NCBI GenBank assembly: GCA_963758495.1
Contig: CAVWVI010000003.1
Location: 1,088,001-1,152,000, forward strand
Reading direction: 5' to 3'
DNA from: Oligoflexia bacterium
GTDB lineage: Bacteria > Bdellovibrionota > UBA1018
DNA: 64,000 bases
Below the pieces are notes generated by a model that did no database searches, was not told the DNA's origin, and saw only the letters and a program-made list of their open reading frames with translations. Shown here piece by piece: positions 38,050-48,575 of the stretch (the first letter of the stretch is position 1; every line of letters starts with the position of its first letter). A program made the translations under genes and the position numbers.

Positions 38050-38995
38050 GTCAACCCGACAAGCCTTTGGTGAATCTTTAGTGAAACTGGGCGAACAATA
38101 TCCAAATATTGTCGTGCTTGATGCAGATCTGGCAAAATCAACTAAATCAGAGCTGTTTGCCAAAAAGTTTCCAAATCGCTTTTATGAAATGGGAATTGCA
38201 GAAGCCAATATGATTGGCACCGCTGCGGGACTATCATTTACGGGAAAACTCCCTTTTCTGTGTAGCTTTGGATGCTTTCTAACAGGACGCTACGACACGA
38301 TTCGTTTAAGCGTAGCCTACGCACAAGCGAATGTGAGGCTCATAGGGACTCATGCGGGTGTGGGCATTGGGGATGATGGCCATAGTCAAATGGGTCTCGA
38401 AGACATCTCTTTGATGCGAGCTCTCCCTACCATGGGAGTGTTTCAACCTATGGATGCGCGAGAAACCGAACTCATTATGGATTACTTGGTGAAGGACTGG
38501 AAAGGCCCAGCCTATCTTCGACTGACGCGCCAAAACCTGCCTGATCTTTATCCGGCAAATGTTCCATTTAAACCCGGAAAGCTCATGCAAATTCAAGAGG
38601 CGATCAGTGGCAAAAATCCATATGTCGTATGTATTGCTACGGGCGCTACTGTTGCAGAAGCTGTTCAAGCCTCTGGCAGATTAAAAGAGACTGGGATTGA
38701 AATGTGCGTTTGGAATGCTCACTCCCTAAAACCTTTTGATGAAGAAACAACCCTCAAGATTATCGAAAAAGCTCAGCTCGTCGTAACCGTTGAAGACCAT
38801 ACTATCATAGGTGGACTTGGAAGTTGTGTGGCGGAAGCTATGGCAAATACGACTCATCATCCCCGCCTCATCAAGCTGGGTATTCAAGATACATTTGGAG
38901 AAAGCGGAGAAGGGCCAGAGCTCTATGAGACATTTGGAATCTCAAGCCGATCCATTACTCATCGAGTCATTCAAGAGCTCCGAACTTTGAGGTAA
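38042..38995 (+). CDS. Transketolase, C-terminal subunit
   Basis: LDADLAKST, GIAEANM, G.DGHSQ, YLRL.R, VTVEDH..IGGLG. Confidence 0.92.
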   Translation: MAKSTRQAFGESLVKLGEQYPNIVVLDADLAKSTKSELFAKKFPNRFYEMGIAEANMIGTAAGLSFTGKLPFLCSFGCFLTGRYDTIRLSVAYAQANVRLIGTHAGVGIGDDGHSQMGLEDISLMRALPTMGVFQPMDARETELIMDYLVKDWKGPAYLRLTRQNLPDLYPANVPFKPGKLMQIQEAISGKNPYVVCIATGATVAEAVQASGRLKETGIEMCVWNAHSLKPFDEETTLKIIEKAQLVVTVEDHTIIGGLGSCVAEAMANTTHHPRLIKLGIQDTFGESGEGPELYETFGISSRSITHRVIQELRTLR

Positions 38996-39006
38996 TTTTC
39001 TCGTCT

Positions 39007-39110
39007 TATAGATCCAAAAATATTCCTTTAGTTGTAAGGATTCAAGAAAATATTTTTGGGCCGTTTAGATTTGGATCCCCGGCCCAAAAACATTTTCTTG
39101 AATCCTATAG
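39007..39110 (-). repeat. ~105-bp palindromic MITE/REP-like element, copy A
   Basis: 27-bp arms (39037-39063/39080-39106, one mismatch). Its reverse complement closely matches 58696-58801. Confidence 0.85.
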
Positions 39111-39131
39111 TTAGGTTAAACTTTGTAAACT

Positions 39132-39698
39132 ATGCTGCTATTTGGACATTTGGGCATTGGAAGTAAAATAATTAGTCCTTTCACTCGCGGACTTTCGCGC
39201 CGGATCGTCCTTGTTGGGACTCTTTTGCCTGATTTAATAGATAAGCCACTTTACTATGGGCTTTCTCTTACTGGAAAATATGCAAATGAACTGAGCGCAT
39301 ATGCACCAAAACTCATCAGTGGTACCCGGACTTTGGGTCATACTGCTCTTTTTCTACTTTTACTCACTGTGATTTCAATTTTTAAAAGATCTCGACTCTT
39401 TGCAGCACTTGCCCTTGGCGTTGCAAGCCACCTTTTATTAGACGGATGGGCAGATCAAGTAGGCTTACCTACATCTCAAAAAATCACTTATACTTCTGCA
39501 TTATTATGGCCCTTCACCGGATGGCACTTTCCAGATGCAGCCTATCATGACATCAGCGAATATCTATCCAATGCCAATCACCCTCTCCTCTTCGGTGGAG
39601 AGTTTATAGGTTTATGCCTCCTTCTTTGGGATGAGTGGAAATTGCGAAATATTCCTCTTATGCTAAAGAAAGATTCTCGAAGGACAAAAAACCTATGA
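39132..39698 (+). CDS. Membrane-bound metal-dependent hydrolase (YdjM/YbcI-like)
   Basis: GH..., LPDLIDK, R..GHT, SHLLLD, LLWPF. Confidence 0.8.
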   Translation: MLLFGHLGIGSKIISPFTRGLSRRIVLVGTLLPDLIDKPLYYGLSLTGKYANELSAYAPKLISGTRTLGHTALFLLLLTVISIFKRSRLFAALALGVASHLLLDGWADQVGLPTSQKITYTSALLWPFTGWHFPDAAYHDISEYLSNANHPLLFGGEFIGLCLLLWDEWKLRNIPLMLKKDSRRTKNL

Positions 39699-40183
39699 AC
39701 ACACCTCAAGCTGCACCTCACTCTACTTCTCTCTTATCTGCCAAATTAAAAACTTACTTTGAAGACTATTCTTATTATCATAAATCTAAAGGCAATCGTG
39801 TGACTCACTATTTTGGAATCCCCATGATCGTCATCAGTTTGCTTGGGCTTTTATCTCATCTGACCTTTGGACTGAATGAATCTCTGGCATTGACTTATTT
39901 TCGAATTGACGCGGGCACTCTATTACTGGTTTTGGCTTTTTTTCAATACCTTTACATCGACTGGAAAATCAGCATCCCTTTTATTTTTTTTCTGATCGGG
40001 CTCTATTATTTAGGAAGAGCCATACCTATACCCCTCAATTGGTTCTTCTTCGTAAGCGGCTGGGTGGTCCAAGGGATAGGGCATTATGTTTACGAAAAAC
40101 GATCACCTGCCTTTTATAAAAACCTGATTCATCTCTTCATCGGCCCCCTCTGGATTTTTTCAAAATTCATAGGATACAGGTAG
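39695..40183 (+). CDS. Mpo1/DUF962-like membrane protein
   Basis: Y..YH....N...H..GIP, GW..Q.IGH..YE...PAF...L.....GP. ATGA overlap with the upstream gene. Confidence 0.8.
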   Translation: MNTPQAAPHSTSLLSAKLKTYFEDYSYYHKSKGNRVTHYFGIPMIVISLLGLLSHLTFGLNESLALTYFRIDAGTLLLVLAFFQYLYIDWKISIPFIFFLIGLYYLGRAIPIPLNWFFFVSGWVVQGIGHYVYEKRSPAFYKNLIHLFIGPLWIFSKFIGYR

Positions 40184-40189
40184 AACCCT

Positions 40190-41944
40190 TTACCGCTGGT
40201 CTTGAAGGAAGGCTTTTTCCTGGTCACTCAGCGTAAGAGCAGGATTTACTTCGAGTGCTTTTTTATAATATTTTCGTGATTCATCTAATTTATTTTTCAA
40301 ATAATAGAGTGTTCCTAAGTTCTTATATGCAACCGCAAGCCCTGGATTCACTTCTATGGCTCTATTCAGAAGTGGCTCTGCCGAATCGTCACGGTTCAAA
40401 ATAAGATACTCTAGTCCTAAATTATTAAGTATATCTGCATCGTCATATTTAGACATTTCTCGAGCTCTATTAAAGACCTCTATCGCATCCTGATGTCTAC
40501 CCAAACGAGAATAACACACTCCTAAATTCGAATACGTCATAGCAGGGGCCCTCCCTGTACGAGTCAAATCGAGAAAATGCTCGATTGCCTTGTTGTATTC
40601 ATGAATACGCGCATAATAAGTCCCCAATGCATGGTGCGCTCGATCTGATTTTGGATTGTACTTTAATAGATGTAAGCTCACGGTCTCTTGATTTTTCCAG
40701 ACCGCGTTTTGCTGCCAAGTCCAATAAGAAAAACAAATAACTATAACAATAGCCGCAGTCACTAAAGCTGGCCTTAAATATATTTTCTCTGCCCAACCAG
40801 AGCTATAAATGGCCTCTCCAGATTTAATCACTATTAAAATAAGACCCAAACTGGAAAGATAGAGATAGCGATCTTGAAACGTACCAGGTCCTAAAGGGAC
40901 AAACTGTAAAACAATGGATATGGTAATCAGAAAGAACGCCAAACCAAACAATAAGTCTCTTCTAATCTTTTTAAAATTATAATACACTACGAAAAAAAAG
41001 CCTAAAAATGCGGCAACGACTCCATATTCTAATCTGCCTACAGTAGCAAAAGGTCCTTCATAAAAAACTAAAAGCCATCTTGGGTAGAAAAAATTACTGA
41101 AATAAAAAACTAACCCATGAACTATATTTGTCACTCGCATAGAGTCTGATATTTTTAAGTACTCGTCAGTCAAAGCCGTCTGGATTGCAGCCTGAACTGT
41201 TGGCTGGAGTGTCATATGCGTAAATCCGACTAATTCTAGTCCCAGCAAAACGCTCAATCCAAGAAATGGAATCTTTTCTAGGATGCCCTTTAGGCTCAGC
41301 TTTCTGCCCGAATAGACATCATAGACCATAATGACGACTGGAAAAGTCATCAGCATAGGTTTTGAAAGCAAACCCAAAATAAAAAATAAAAAACAGGTTA
41401 AATAGAGCGGGATTTTCCAAGTTTTGGCGTTGAGATATTTTATATAAATTTGAAAACACAAAAGATAAAAGAAAGTTGAAAGCACGTCCTTTCTTTCAAC
41501 GATCCAACTGACTGATTCCACATGGGATGGATGAATTCCAAAAATAAGAGCACCCAGTGCTGCTCCCCAGGTTGATAAATTAAAAATTCGAATAAAAATA
41601 TAAAAAATAAATAATGTATTAATAATATGAAGAAGTACGTTATCAAAATGGAATACTGCCGGATTTAAACCGAAGATAAGATTTTCAAGCGCGAACGTAA
41701 ATAGTGTAAAGGGATAATACAACCCCATATTGCGAGTTGAAAAGATTTCTCCAATATCAAATTTCCTTAAAGCGAAATTTTCGATAATGGCTTCACGGTC
41801 ATCCCAGTCTATAAAATCGTAACCCAGTACTTGAGAAAAAAGAAGAAAGGTTACAATTGCAATACCCACTGCAAACCAAAACTCGGACGATTTAAACTTT
41901 AAGCGCCAGTACTTCCTTTGCTCAGCATTCAACAGCTGCCCCAT
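40190..41944 (-). CDS. TMTC-like GT-C glycosyltransferase with C-terminal TPRs
   Basis: WDD, Y.P.T, FH..NVLLH, HP.HVESVSWI.ERKD, LSKP, DRYLY, WKN, followed by TPRs. Confidence 0.8.
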   Translation of the reverse strand: MGQLLNAEQRKYWRLKFKSSEFWFAVGIAIVTFLLFSQVLGYDFIDWDDREAIIENFALRKFDIGEIFSTRNMGLYYPFTLFTFALENLIFGLNPAVFHFDNVLLHIINTLFIFYIFIRIFNLSTWGAALGALIFGIHPSHVESVSWIVERKDVLSTFFYLLCFQIYIKYLNAKTWKIPLYLTCFLFFILGLLSKPMLMTFPVVIMVYDVYSGRKLSLKGILEKIPFLGLSVLLGLELVGFTHMTLQPTVQAAIQTALTDEYLKISDSMRVTNIVHGLVFYFSNFFYPRWLLVFYEGPFATVGRLEYGVVAAFLGFFFVVYYNFKKIRRDLLFGLAFFLITISIVLQFVPLGPGTFQDRYLYLSSLGLILIVIKSGEAIYSSGWAEKIYLRPALVTAAIVIVICFSYWTWQQNAVWKNQETVSLHLLKYNPKSDRAHHALGTYYARIHEYNKAIEHFLDLTRTGRAPAMTYSNLGVCYSRLGRHQDAIEVFNRAREMSKYDDADILNNLGLEYLILNRDDSAEPLLNRAIEVNPGLAVAYKNLGTLYYLKNKLDESRKYYKKALEVNPALTLSDQEKAFLQDQR

Positions 41945-42032
41945 TGAAGGCCTCCTATTGAATAATTATGACTTTTTTAACTTGGAAATTGTATTGTTTT
42001 TTAGGTACTACTTTGGCATCCTTAGAAAGAAT

Positions 42033-42404
42033 ATGCCTCCAACTTCGAGAGTCTTCAAAGCAGGCGAAGCCCTATTTCTGGAAGGCTCTACCTCACAATC
42101 CATCTTTATTATTAAAAAGGGAGCAATCTCTCTTAGAAAAAGGAAGGGTCAAAAATTTGTCGAAATAGCAAAAATAGGGGCTAACGAAGTCATTGGAGAA
42201 CTTTCCTTCTTTGATCGCCAACCCCGAAGCGCTACGGCAGTCGCGATTGTTGAAGTTGAAGCCCTCGAACTCACATTTGAAGCCTTAGAGCAAGTTTATA
42301 AGAATATTCCTGATTATTTAAAAACGATTATGGCATCTTTGGCCGGACGCCTTCGAAATGCCAACGAACAACTCAAATCGCTTCAAAGGGAACGCGTGGA
42401 CTGA
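42033..42404 (+). CDS. Cyclic-nucleotide-binding domain protein
   Basis: GE.LF.EG, IIKKG, IGELSFFDRQPRSATAVA. Confidence 0.85.
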   Translation: MPPTSRVFKAGEALFLEGSTSQSIFIIKKGAISLRKRKGQKFVEIAKIGANEVIGELSFFDRQPRSATAVAIVEVEALELTFEALEQVYKNIPDYLKTIMASLAGRLRNANEQLKSLQRERVD

Positions 42405-42407
42405 ATA

Positions 42408-42881
42408 TCAGTTTACATTAGGCCCTAACTGGCGAATGGCTTCATACACCGCAATACTTACAGTGTTAGATAAGTTCAAAGATCTCACACGCGCATCATA
42501 CATCGGTACTCGGGTAGTTTCGGTGGGATAAGCATTAATCACCCAATCAGGAAGACCCGCAGTCTCTTTTCCAAAAATTAGATAGGATCCTTCTTTAAAC
42601 TGATGATCAAAAAGAGTACCACCCGCCTTTTTAGAGAAAAATACTTTGGGTGCGTCCGGTGGCAAAGATGCGAGGAAGACCTCCAAACTTGAATGCCGTC
42701 GAACGGTGAGGTGTTCCCAATAATCCAAGCCAGCACGTTTTAATTTTGAATGGGTAATTTCAAAACCAAGCGGCTCCACTAAATGGAGCGTCGTTCGAGT
42801 CGCTAAACAAAGACGCCCTATTGAGCCTGTATTCTGAGGAATTTCTGGCTCGACCAATACTACGTTCAAATGATGAGGCAT
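42408..42881 (-). CDS. trmL: tRNA (cytidine/uridine34-2'-O)-methyltransferase
   Basis: VLVEPEIPQNTGSIGRLC, RAGLDYW, FGKETAGLP, RSLNLSN. Confidence 0.93.
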   Translation of the reverse strand: MPHHLNVVLVEPEIPQNTGSIGRLCLATRTTLHLVEPLGFEITHSKLKRAGLDYWEHLTVRRHSSLEVFLASLPPDAPKVFFSKKAGGTLFDHQFKEGSYLIFGKETAGLPDWVINAYPTETTRVPMYDARVRSLNLSNTVSIAVYEAIRQLGPNVN

Positions 42882-42891
42882 AATTATTCCG

Positions 42892-44214
42892 TTATGGGCG
42901 AAGCGTATTGAGCATTCGAGGGAATGGGATGGTCTCCCGAACATGTTCAACACCCGTCATCCATGCGACGGTACGTTCAACGCCTAACCCAAATCCAGCA
43001 TGAGGCACTGAGCCATATTTTCTAAGATCCATATACCAAGAATAATCTTGCTCTTTAAGACCATGCTCGGCAATTCGCCTCTTGAGTACTTCAGCACTCT
43101 CTTCACGCTGCCCCCCCCCGATAATTTCTCCATAACCATCAGGAGCAATCAAATCACAACCTAAAGCATAACGCCCCGTTCCTGTAACCCCCGAACCCCC
43201 TACCGTATCGGACTGCTTAAAATAAAAGGCTTTGATCTGAGAAGGCATATGATGAACAAAAACAGGTTTTCCAAATTCTTCACCCAGTGCTGTTTCGTGA
43301 GGCGCACCAAAGTCTTCACCCCAGGGAAGCGAGAAACCTCTTTTTTCTAAAATCTTGATTGCTTCATCATAAGAAATTCTAGGGAAGGGTCCTTTGATCG
43401 ATTCAAGCTTTGAGATGTCTCTCTCTAAAATTTTGAGTTCTTCTCCACGCCTTGCCAAAACAGATTGGACAATATGTTCGATAAAGCTCTCGCCTAAAGC
43501 CATATTATCTTCGAGATTTGCGAATGCGACTTCTGGCTCCACCATCCAAAACTCTGTGAGATGTTTTCTAGTTTTAGATTTCTCTGCACGGAAAGTGGGA
43601 CCAAAAACATACACTTTACCAAATGCCATCGCTCCGACTTCACCATAAAGCTGTCCAGATTGTGTCAGGTACGCTTTTTCATCAAAATACTGGGTTGAAA
43701 AGAGTGTGGACGTTCCCTCGCAAGCACTAGGAGTCAGAATAGGAGCATCAAATCGAATAAATCCTCGGGAATCGAAGAATTCGTTAATAGATCGCATGAT
43801 CTCGGATCGAACTCGAAGCGCCGCCCATTGGCGAGAACTACGGACCCATAGATGTCGATTCTCCATTAAAAACTCGACTCCATGTTCTTTCGGAGAAATA
43901 GGATAGGGCTCTGCAATCTGAATCACTTTCAACGATTGCACACCCAACTCATAACCCCCAGGTGAGCGTGCTTCTTTGCGCAATTTTCCGACCACTTCAA
44001 TTGAAGATTCTTGAGTTAATTGATCAAATGCAGCAAAAGCTTCCTCGTTACATTCTCCTTTAAATAAGACGGATTGAAGTAAACCTGTGCCGTCACGAAG
44101 CACCAGAAATTTAATCTTACCAGAACTTCTCTTTTGGTAGACCCATCCTCGAACTGTCACTACCTGCCCGTCAAACTGACCTGCGTTCTCTATGTAAAAT
44201 CGATCATTACTCAT
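42892..44214 (-). CDS. asnS: Asparagine--tRNA ligase
   Basis: RGWV, LRDGTG, AYLTQSGQLY, FRAEKSKT.KHLTEFWMVEPE, YGSVPHAGFGLGVER. Confidence 0.95.
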   Translation of the reverse strand: MSNDRFYIENAGQFDGQVVTVRGWVYQKRSSGKIKFLVLRDGTGLLQSVLFKGECNEEAFAAFDQLTQESSIEVVGKLRKEARSPGGYELGVQSLKVIQIAEPYPISPKEHGVEFLMENRHLWVRSSRQWAALRVRSEIMRSINEFFDSRGFIRFDAPILTPSACEGTSTLFSTQYFDEKAYLTQSGQLYGEVGAMAFGKVYVFGPTFRAEKSKTRKHLTEFWMVEPEVAFANLEDNMALGESFIEHIVQSVLARRGEELKILERDISKLESIKGPFPRISYDEAIKILEKRGFSLPWGEDFGAPHETALGEEFGKPVFVHHMPSQIKAFYFKQSDTVGGSGVTGTGRYALGCDLIAPDGYGEIIGGGQREESAEVLKRRIAEHGLKEQDYSWYMDLRKYGSVPHAGFGLGVERTVAWMTGVEHVRETIPFPRMLNTLRP

Positions 44215-44242
44215 AAAAATCTTACTTCCTTACAAAACGAAT

Positions 44243-45769
44243 TTAAAAATCCGCTAAAAAGCGCGCTAATGTACGAACGTAAGCTCCGCTCGCACCCTTC
44301 TTTGGATAGTAGGACAAGTGGCTGAGATTATAAGCAGTCGCAGCAATATCTAAATGTGCCCAGAGAGTATCTTTCTTAATAAATTGCTTAAGAAAGATAG
44401 CACCACGAATCGTACCGCCATAGGAATCATTCGCTGAGTTTTTCATATCTGCATAATCAGACTTTAAATCATCAAAATACTCGTCATAGAGTGGCAATTG
44501 CCAAATTCTTTCTCCATTGGCTTCACCTGCACGACGCAACGAATCGATCACGCTCTCTTCATTACCGAGTACTGCACAACATTGCTTGCCTAGAGCAATG
44601 GATACCGCACCCGTTAAAGTTGCGACATCGACTACTGCATCTGGCTTATAATCTTGGGCATAATCCAATGCATCAGCCAAAATTAAGCGACCCTCAGCGT
44701 CAGTATTAATAATTTCTACGGTCTTCCCGTTCCTTGCCGTTAAGACGTTCCCTGGTTGAATCGCATTTCCATCTGGCATGTTCTCAGTAAAAGCCATAAT
44801 CGAAATCACACGATTTGGAATTTTCCAGCTCGCAGCTAAGAGAGTTGCGCCCATAACAGTAGCAGCCCCTGTCATGTCGTGTTTCATCTCTTCCATACGA
44901 GCAGAAGGTTTAATAGAAATTCCACCACTATCGAAGGTCACCCCTTTGCCTACTAATGCTATGGTCTTTGGGTTTTTAATATTTTTTGGTGTGTACTCTA
45001 AAATGACAAATTGACTTTCACGCTCTGATCCTTGCCCAACTCCTAAGAATAAGCCCATCTTTTCGCGAATAGCATCTTGTTCTGACAAGACCCGAAACTT
45101 AAGCCCGTATTGACGAGCCAGTTTTTTAGCCTCCTGCGCAAAATAAGTAGGGGTACCATAATTTGATGGCTCATTGGACCAATCCCGAGCGACATTAACA
45201 GCCTCACCCATCGCCTGGACTTGATCCATTTCGAGATCTAACTGGGATTTTATACTTTTATCCCGCGCTAAAAATACAATCTTGGAAATTCCTAAGTCGT
45301 CTTTATCTGATTTTTCCTTCGATTTATATTTATTCAGACAGTAAGCATTTAACATCAAACCTTCAGCAAATGCGCGAATGCATCGGATCGGGTTTAAATC
45401 TGATTTTATATTCTTAATCTCAAAAAAACTGTCTAAATGAACGGCAATGGACTTGCACTTTTCTGCACTCAGCTTCGTCCAAGCATACCCCCCCATGACT
45501 CTAAACTTCTCTTCAGAGAGCTCAGTTTCAGCTCCAAGCCCTAAAAGTAAGGCATTTTCAGCAGAAGTTTTTTCTGCAAATCGAATAAATTGCATTGAGC
45601 CGTGTTTTGCATCGAAAACGTCTCCTTTTCGGAATTTTTCGACCAAAGCTGCGTAAATGCCTTTCGGCGGAATTGCTTTTTTTGATGAATCCTGAAATAT
45701 AATAGCAATATCCGTATCAACAGCGCCCGTAACCGAGGTTCGTGCCTCTAATAAAGGTAATTTCCACAT
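44243..45769 (-). CDS. pepA: Leucyl aminopeptidase (M17)
   Basis: VGKGVTFDSGG, MKHDM.G, NTDAEGRL, ATLTGA, HLDIA. Start probably at ATG 45769. Confidence 0.95.
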   Translation of the reverse strand: MWKLPLLEARTSVTGAVDTDIAIIFQDSSKKAIPPKGIYAALVEKFRKGDVFDAKHGSMQFIRFAEKTSAENALLLGLGAETELSEEKFRVMGGYAWTKLSAEKCKSIAVHLDSFFEIKNIKSDLNPIRCIRAFAEGLMLNAYCLNKYKSKEKSDKDDLGISKIVFLARDKSIKSQLDLEMDQVQAMGEAVNVARDWSNEPSNYGTPTYFAQEAKKLARQYGLKFRVLSEQDAIREKMGLFLGVGQGSERESQFVILEYTPKNIKNPKTIALVGKGVTFDSGGISIKPSARMEEMKHDMTGAATVMGATLLAASWKIPNRVISIMAFTENMPDGNAIQPGNVLTARNGKTVEIINTDAEGRLILADALDYAQDYKPDAVVDVATLTGAVSIALGKQCCAVLGNEESVIDSLRRAGEANGERIWQLPLYDEYFDDLKSDYADMKNSANDSYGGTIRGAIFLKQFIKKDTLWAHLDIAATAYNLSHLSYYPKKGASGAYVRTLARFLADF

Positions 45770-45818
45770 GTTAGCTTTTTGCCCTTTCAATCATTTTTTA
45801 TTAACATAGAGCCATAGT

Positions 45819-47219
45819 ATGTTGAAGCGGTATCACCATATTGTAGGTGGCATTTTTAGAATAGTAGATGCTTTTGTCATAGGAGTCGCCTGGCTTGCCT
45901 CCTATTGGCTTCGATTTTACCTTCCCCTGATTGAGGTGACGAAGGGATTTCCGCGGTTTGGAAAATACGCGGCCCTCAGCCCCCTTGTTATTGGGATTTG
46001 GATGACTGTCTTTTCAGTCATGCGAGTCTATCAATCTCATCGAATGCTTCGCCGAACCCATGAAGTCCACCTTCTACTTAAAAGCCATGGTATTGCGATG
46101 TTATTTTTCATCGCCCTCACCTATCTTTTTAGTGAATATAAATACTCGCGAGCTGTCATGCTCTATTTCGGCATCTTCGGAGGTATCCTTCTTGTTGTTT
46201 TCCGTCTCAGCCTAAGGAATGGCTTACGTGAAATACGTCGAAAAGGTTTCAATTTACGCCATGTTTTAGCTGTGGGCGAGGGAGGAGCAATTGAGACCCT
46301 CATTCAACGTATTGATAAATTTCCAGAATTAGGACTGAGAATGGTGGGAGTAGTGACCCATGAAAATTCAAAAGTCAAAGCCATCCACGGCACTCCTGCC
46401 ATAGGGCATTTTGAACAAATCAGGGAGCTGGTTCACAAACTCAAGCCTGACCAAATTCTCCTAGCTTTACCAAGACATCAGTATGCAAATCTAGACCGGA
46501 TTCTTGAACTTCTGAAAGACGAAACTGTCGATATTCAACTCGTGCCTGATATTCATGAATATATTACCCTCGGTTGTGAAATAGAAGATTTTGACGGGCT
46601 ACCTATCGTTAATATCAATGATTCACCCCTGAATGGCTGGGGTGCACTCGCGAAAAGATTCACTGACGTCATGATCGCAAGTATCGCATTGATCTTACTC
46701 AGCCCTATTCTAGCAATGATTGCAGCGGCAATCAAACTCAACTCACGAGGCCCTATTCTTTATGAACAAGAGCGAATGGGCATAGACGGCAGAACTTTTG
46801 GTATGCTTAAGTTTCGATCCATGCAAATCAATGCGGAGACTCAAACCGGTGCGGTTTGGGCAATCCCCAACGATGGCCGACGCACAAAAACTGGAACATT
46901 TCTTAGAAGCACGAGCCTAGACGAGCTCCCCCAGCTCTGGAATGTAGTCCGAGGAGATATGTCACTTGTGGGCCCCCGCCCGGAGAGACCGGTTTTCGTC
47001 CATAAGTTTAGAAAAGATATCCCTCACTACATGTTGAGGCATAAAGTAAAAGCAGGAATTACAGGGTGGGCTCAAGTCAATGGTTGGCGCGGAAATACAT
47101 CTTTAGATCGAAGGATTGAGTGTGATCTTTATTATATCCGCAATTGGTCCTATTTTTTGGATTTAAAGATTATCCTTTTGACCCTTTGGAAAGGGTTTAT
47201 CAACAAGAATGCCTACTAA
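45819..47219 (+). CDS. wcaJ: Undecaprenyl-phosphate glucose phosphotransferase (WcaJ-like)
   Basis: N-terminal TMs, KFRSM, SLDELPQLWNV..GDMSLVGPRP, VKAGITGWAQVNGWRG. Confidence 0.85.
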   Translation: MLKRYHHIVGGIFRIVDAFVIGVAWLASYWLRFYLPLIEVTKGFPRFGKYAALSPLVIGIWMTVFSVMRVYQSHRMLRRTHEVHLLLKSHGIAMLFFIALTYLFSEYKYSRAVMLYFGIFGGILLVVFRLSLRNGLREIRRKGFNLRHVLAVGEGGAIETLIQRIDKFPELGLRMVGVVTHENSKVKAIHGTPAIGHFEQIRELVHKLKPDQILLALPRHQYANLDRILELLKDETVDIQLVPDIHEYITLGCEIEDFDGLPIVNINDSPLNGWGALAKRFTDVMIASIALILLSPILAMIAAAIKLNSRGPILYEQERMGIDGRTFGMLKFRSMQINAETQTGAVWAIPNDGRRTKTGTFLRSTSLDELPQLWNVVRGDMSLVGPRPERPVFVHKFRKDIPHYMLRHKVKAGITGWAQVNGWRGNTSLDRRIECDLYYIRNWSYFLDLKIILLTLWKGFINKNAY

Positions 47220-48339
47220 TCGTTTTTCTTATTGGCGTCCTCTGAAGTTCGATCGTTATATCCTTGAAGAGATTATCAGTACCTTTTTAGGCACTTGTAT
47301 CTTTATTCTTTTCATATTGCTTATGTTTCAGGCCCTGAGGTTAGCGGAGTTTTTCATCCTTCATGGCGCTTCAGGCATCATGTTGGGGAAATTAGCTTTT
47401 TTCATGAGCCTCTCTTTTTTGCCCACAGCTCTCCCGTTGTCCTTTCTTATTACTGTTTTGATCTCATTCGGAAGACTTTCTTCTGATAGTGAACTCATTG
47501 CTATGAAGGCGAATGGAATGAGTATCGGTAGATTATCCGCTCCCATATGGCTCTTTGCATTCATCATCGTAGGTCTTTCCATCACTTTAAATAACGATTG
47601 GGTTCCCTGGGGTGAAACTTCATTTAAAAAAACCCAAATCAAAATCGGAAACACAAAAGCCGTCACCGCCATCAAGGAAGGGACATTTACTTCTGGGTTT
47701 TTCGATCTACTCATTTTTGCCGATAAGGTAGACACCGATCAAAATCGACTTCATAGAGTATTTATTTTTGATGGGAGAGAAGCGGGAAACCCACTGACAT
47801 ACGTCGCTAGAAATGCCGAAATTGTGCCTGTCAAAACACCGTCAGAACTCGGTGCCGCAATTATGCTCCGCCTCTACAATGGCAGTATGCATCACAATAA
47901 TTTAGAAACCCATACTTATGAGAAGATGAATTTTGAAGCCTACCACCTTTATTTAAAGATAGATGAAGGGGCAGACACCACGATTGTTAAACCTCACATG
48001 ATTCCAGAAGATGATTTACTAAAAAAAATCAGTAAAACCACTACGTCCACCTATGAAGGGCGCGAGTTCCGAGGGGAATACTGGCGTAGGTATGCCACCG
48101 CAATCAGTCCTCTTATTTTTGTACTTTTGGGAATTGGTTTTGGCACATTTCGTTACCGAACAGCAAAAACTGGAGCTATTTTAACTGGGTTTATCATCTT
48201 AATCGCTTACTGGAGTCTTCAAACCCTAGGGACCGTTGCTGTTCAACGTGGATCATTATCACCTTTTTTTGCAATGCAATTGCCTAATATTGTCATGATC
48301 ATTGCTGGTATTTTTGGATACCGCCGCGCCTGCTGGTAA
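47209..48339 (+). CDS. lptF: LPS export permease LptF/LptG family
   Basis: DRYI, GRLSSDSELIAMKANG, beta-jellyroll region, 3+3 TM layout. Confidence 0.8.
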   Translation: MPTNRFSYWRPLKFDRYILEEIISTFLGTCIFILFILLMFQALRLAEFFILHGASGIMLGKLAFFMSLSFLPTALPLSFLITVLISFGRLSSDSELIAMKANGMSIGRLSAPIWLFAFIIVGLSITLNNDWVPWGETSFKKTQIKIGNTKAVTAIKEGTFTSGFFDLLIFADKVDTDQNRLHRVFIFDGREAGNPLTYVARNAEIVPVKTPSELGAAIMLRLYNGSMHHNNLETHTYEKMNFEAYHLYLKIDEGADTTIVKPHMIPEDDLLKKISKTTTSTYEGREFRGEYWRRYATAISPLIFVLLGIGFGTFRYRTAKTGAILTGFIILIAYWSLQTLGTVAVQRGSLSPFFAMQLPNIVMIIAGIFGYRRACW

Positions 48340-48466
48340 CGGGTACATAGTTCCTTTAAAAAACTCTTGGAAAAGCTGAGCCAGAAAGCAATCCCGTTAA
48401 ATAAAAACTAAACAATGTGATGGCATTATTTTGACAACCCCCGAAAAATAGCACCACACAGCCCTT

Positions 48467-48575
48467 TGTGGATAACTTTTGATGTTTTTGCTAAAAAAAC
48501 GATATTTAACCTAAATATCTGATTAATATCAGATAGTTAAATCGTGTGGATAAGTTGCATAGATCGTGTGGATAA
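48467..48575. promoter_or_regulatory. Cluster of three perfect DnaA boxes with an AT-rich palindromic spacer
   Basis: TGTGGATAA (reverse complement of TTATCCACA) at 48467-48475, 48545-48553 and 48567-48575. Confidence 0.8.
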
